Assembly (NCBI GenBank): GCA_011773985.1
Contig: WVWN01000084.1
Coordinates: 23,738-87,737, forward strand
Reading direction: 5' to 3'
DNA from: Candidatus Zixiibacteriota bacterium
Lineage (GTDB): Bacteria; RBG-13-66-14; B26-G2; WVWN01
DNA length: 64,000 nucleotides
The position numbers were made by a program, and so were the translations under genes. Under the pieces are notes generated by a model, which was not told where the DNA came from, searched no databases, and was given only the letters and a program-made list of their open reading frames with translations. Shown here in pieces: positions 63,398-64,000 of the stretch (position 1 is its first letter; each line of letters starts with the position of its first letter).

Positions 63398-64000
63398 CTA
63401 CTTCACGCGCAACAATATCCGCTCCCAACGTACCCGCCGCCAAAACTTATACCACTTCGTCAGGCGCACGTCCTCGCCGTCCAGCAGGACTTCGCCGCAG
63501 GCGTCGCAAATGTAGGCCGCGCGCGCGGGGCCCCTCGCGCCTCCCGCCCCGGCGAGCCGCGCGCGATAAAGGCGCGACACGCTCGAGCGGTGCTTGGGGC
63601 AGTACGACGGAACCCACGACCAATATACGAGGACCGCCCGCCCACGAATCAACGGCCGCGGCACGAAACCCCAGTGCCGGCTGTCGCGGCTGTCCGCGCG
63701 GCTATCTCCCATTACGAAATACGAGGCCGCGGGCACTTTAAACGGCCCGAATTCGTCCGCGGCGGGGCCGAGGACGTACGGCTCGGCCAACGGCCTGCCG
63801 TTTACGTGCACGTTGCCCGCTTTCCCCGTTACGACGTCGCCCGGCAGGCCCACGACACGCTTTACGAAGTCGCGCCGGGGAACGCGCCGCCGGTGAACGA
63901 CGAGCTCGTACAACTCCCGGAACCATTTGCCCACGGTCATCTCGTTGTCCTGGTGGGGATACTTGAAGACGACGACGTCGCCGCGGGCCGGAGGCCGGAA
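63398..64000 (-). CDS. lepB: Signal peptidase I, 5-prime partial (runs off the window), with an extra Cys/His-containing C-terminal extension
   Basis: GDVVVFKYP (read at the window edge), VKRVVGLPGD, YFVMGDSRADSRDSRHWGFV and GRAVLVYWSW. These are followed by about 65 extra residues containing CPKH...CDAC. Confidence 0.85.
   Translation of the reverse strand, partial: FRPPARGDVVVFKYPHQDNEMTVGKWFRELYELVVHRRRVPRRDFVKRVVGLPGDVVTGKAGNVHVNGRPLAEPYVLGPAADEFGPFKVPAASYFVMGDSRADSRDSRHWGFVPRPLIRGRAVLVYWSWVPSYCPKHRSSVSRLYRARLAGAGGARGPARAAYICDACGEVLLDGEDVRLTKWYKFWRRVRWERILLRVK

Noticed and set aside
1-64000. Search for mobile elements, prophage, integrases, toxin-antitoxin pairs, CRISPR-Cas or other defence islands, tRNA and rRNA genes.
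   Set aside because: No transposase, integrase or recombinase motifs were recognised. There are no terminal inverted repeats, no compositional islands apart from short AT-rich promoter regions, and no tRNA-like T-loop sequences in any intergenic region.

Overview
High-GC chromosomal segment from a diderm bacterium (LptD, an Omp85/BamA-type protein and lipoproteins are present). It carries several type-IX-secretion hallmarks: two PorV/PorQ-like barrels and three proteins with T9SS-type C-terminal sorting domains. This suggests an uncultivated FCB-group-like lineage, but that placement is inference only. About 50 protein-coding genes are supported, most of them housekeeping: lon, miaA, trxB, class II RNR nrdJ, phosphomannomutase, pyrR-pyrB-pyrC, dprA-topA, glyA-rpiB, miaB, fumarase alpha, an ABC exporter, lptD and lepB. 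No rRNA, tRNA, CRISPR array, transposase or integrase was recognised. Many intergenic regions carry very clear sigma70-type promoters (TTGAC[A/T]-N17-TAnAAT) and GC-rich hairpin terminators, and several promoters end only 8-9 nt before the start codon, implying leaderless mRNAs. The most interesting locus is a self-contained minus-strand operon at about 49.3-53.8 kb. It encodes a membrane zinc-ribbon protein, a 537-aa DUF2207-like membrane protein ending in a seven-cysteine (Cys-Ala)n tail, a radical SAM/SPASM enzyme with an N-terminal PqqD-like recognition domain, and a SAM methyltransferase. I read this as a candidate system that post-translationally matures the C-terminal tail of a large membrane protein. 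Other signals worth follow-up are listed here. (1) Two tandem paralogous mini-ORFs downstream of trxB, each interrupted by an in-frame TGA at the equivalent position. (2) An N-terminally truncated, leaderless SelA-like gene. (3) A PorV-TPR fusion heading an operon of two paralogous T9SS cargo genes plus a HAMP adenylate cyclase. (4) A second PorV-like / NHL / 1150-aa barrel / Omp85 operon. (5) A prepilin-peptidase homologue lacking both catalytic Asp. (6) A promoter-to-terminator 210-nt structured RNA upstream of the ABC exporter. Many long ORFs in the supplied track are antisense or out-of-frame artefacts of the high GC content and were not called.
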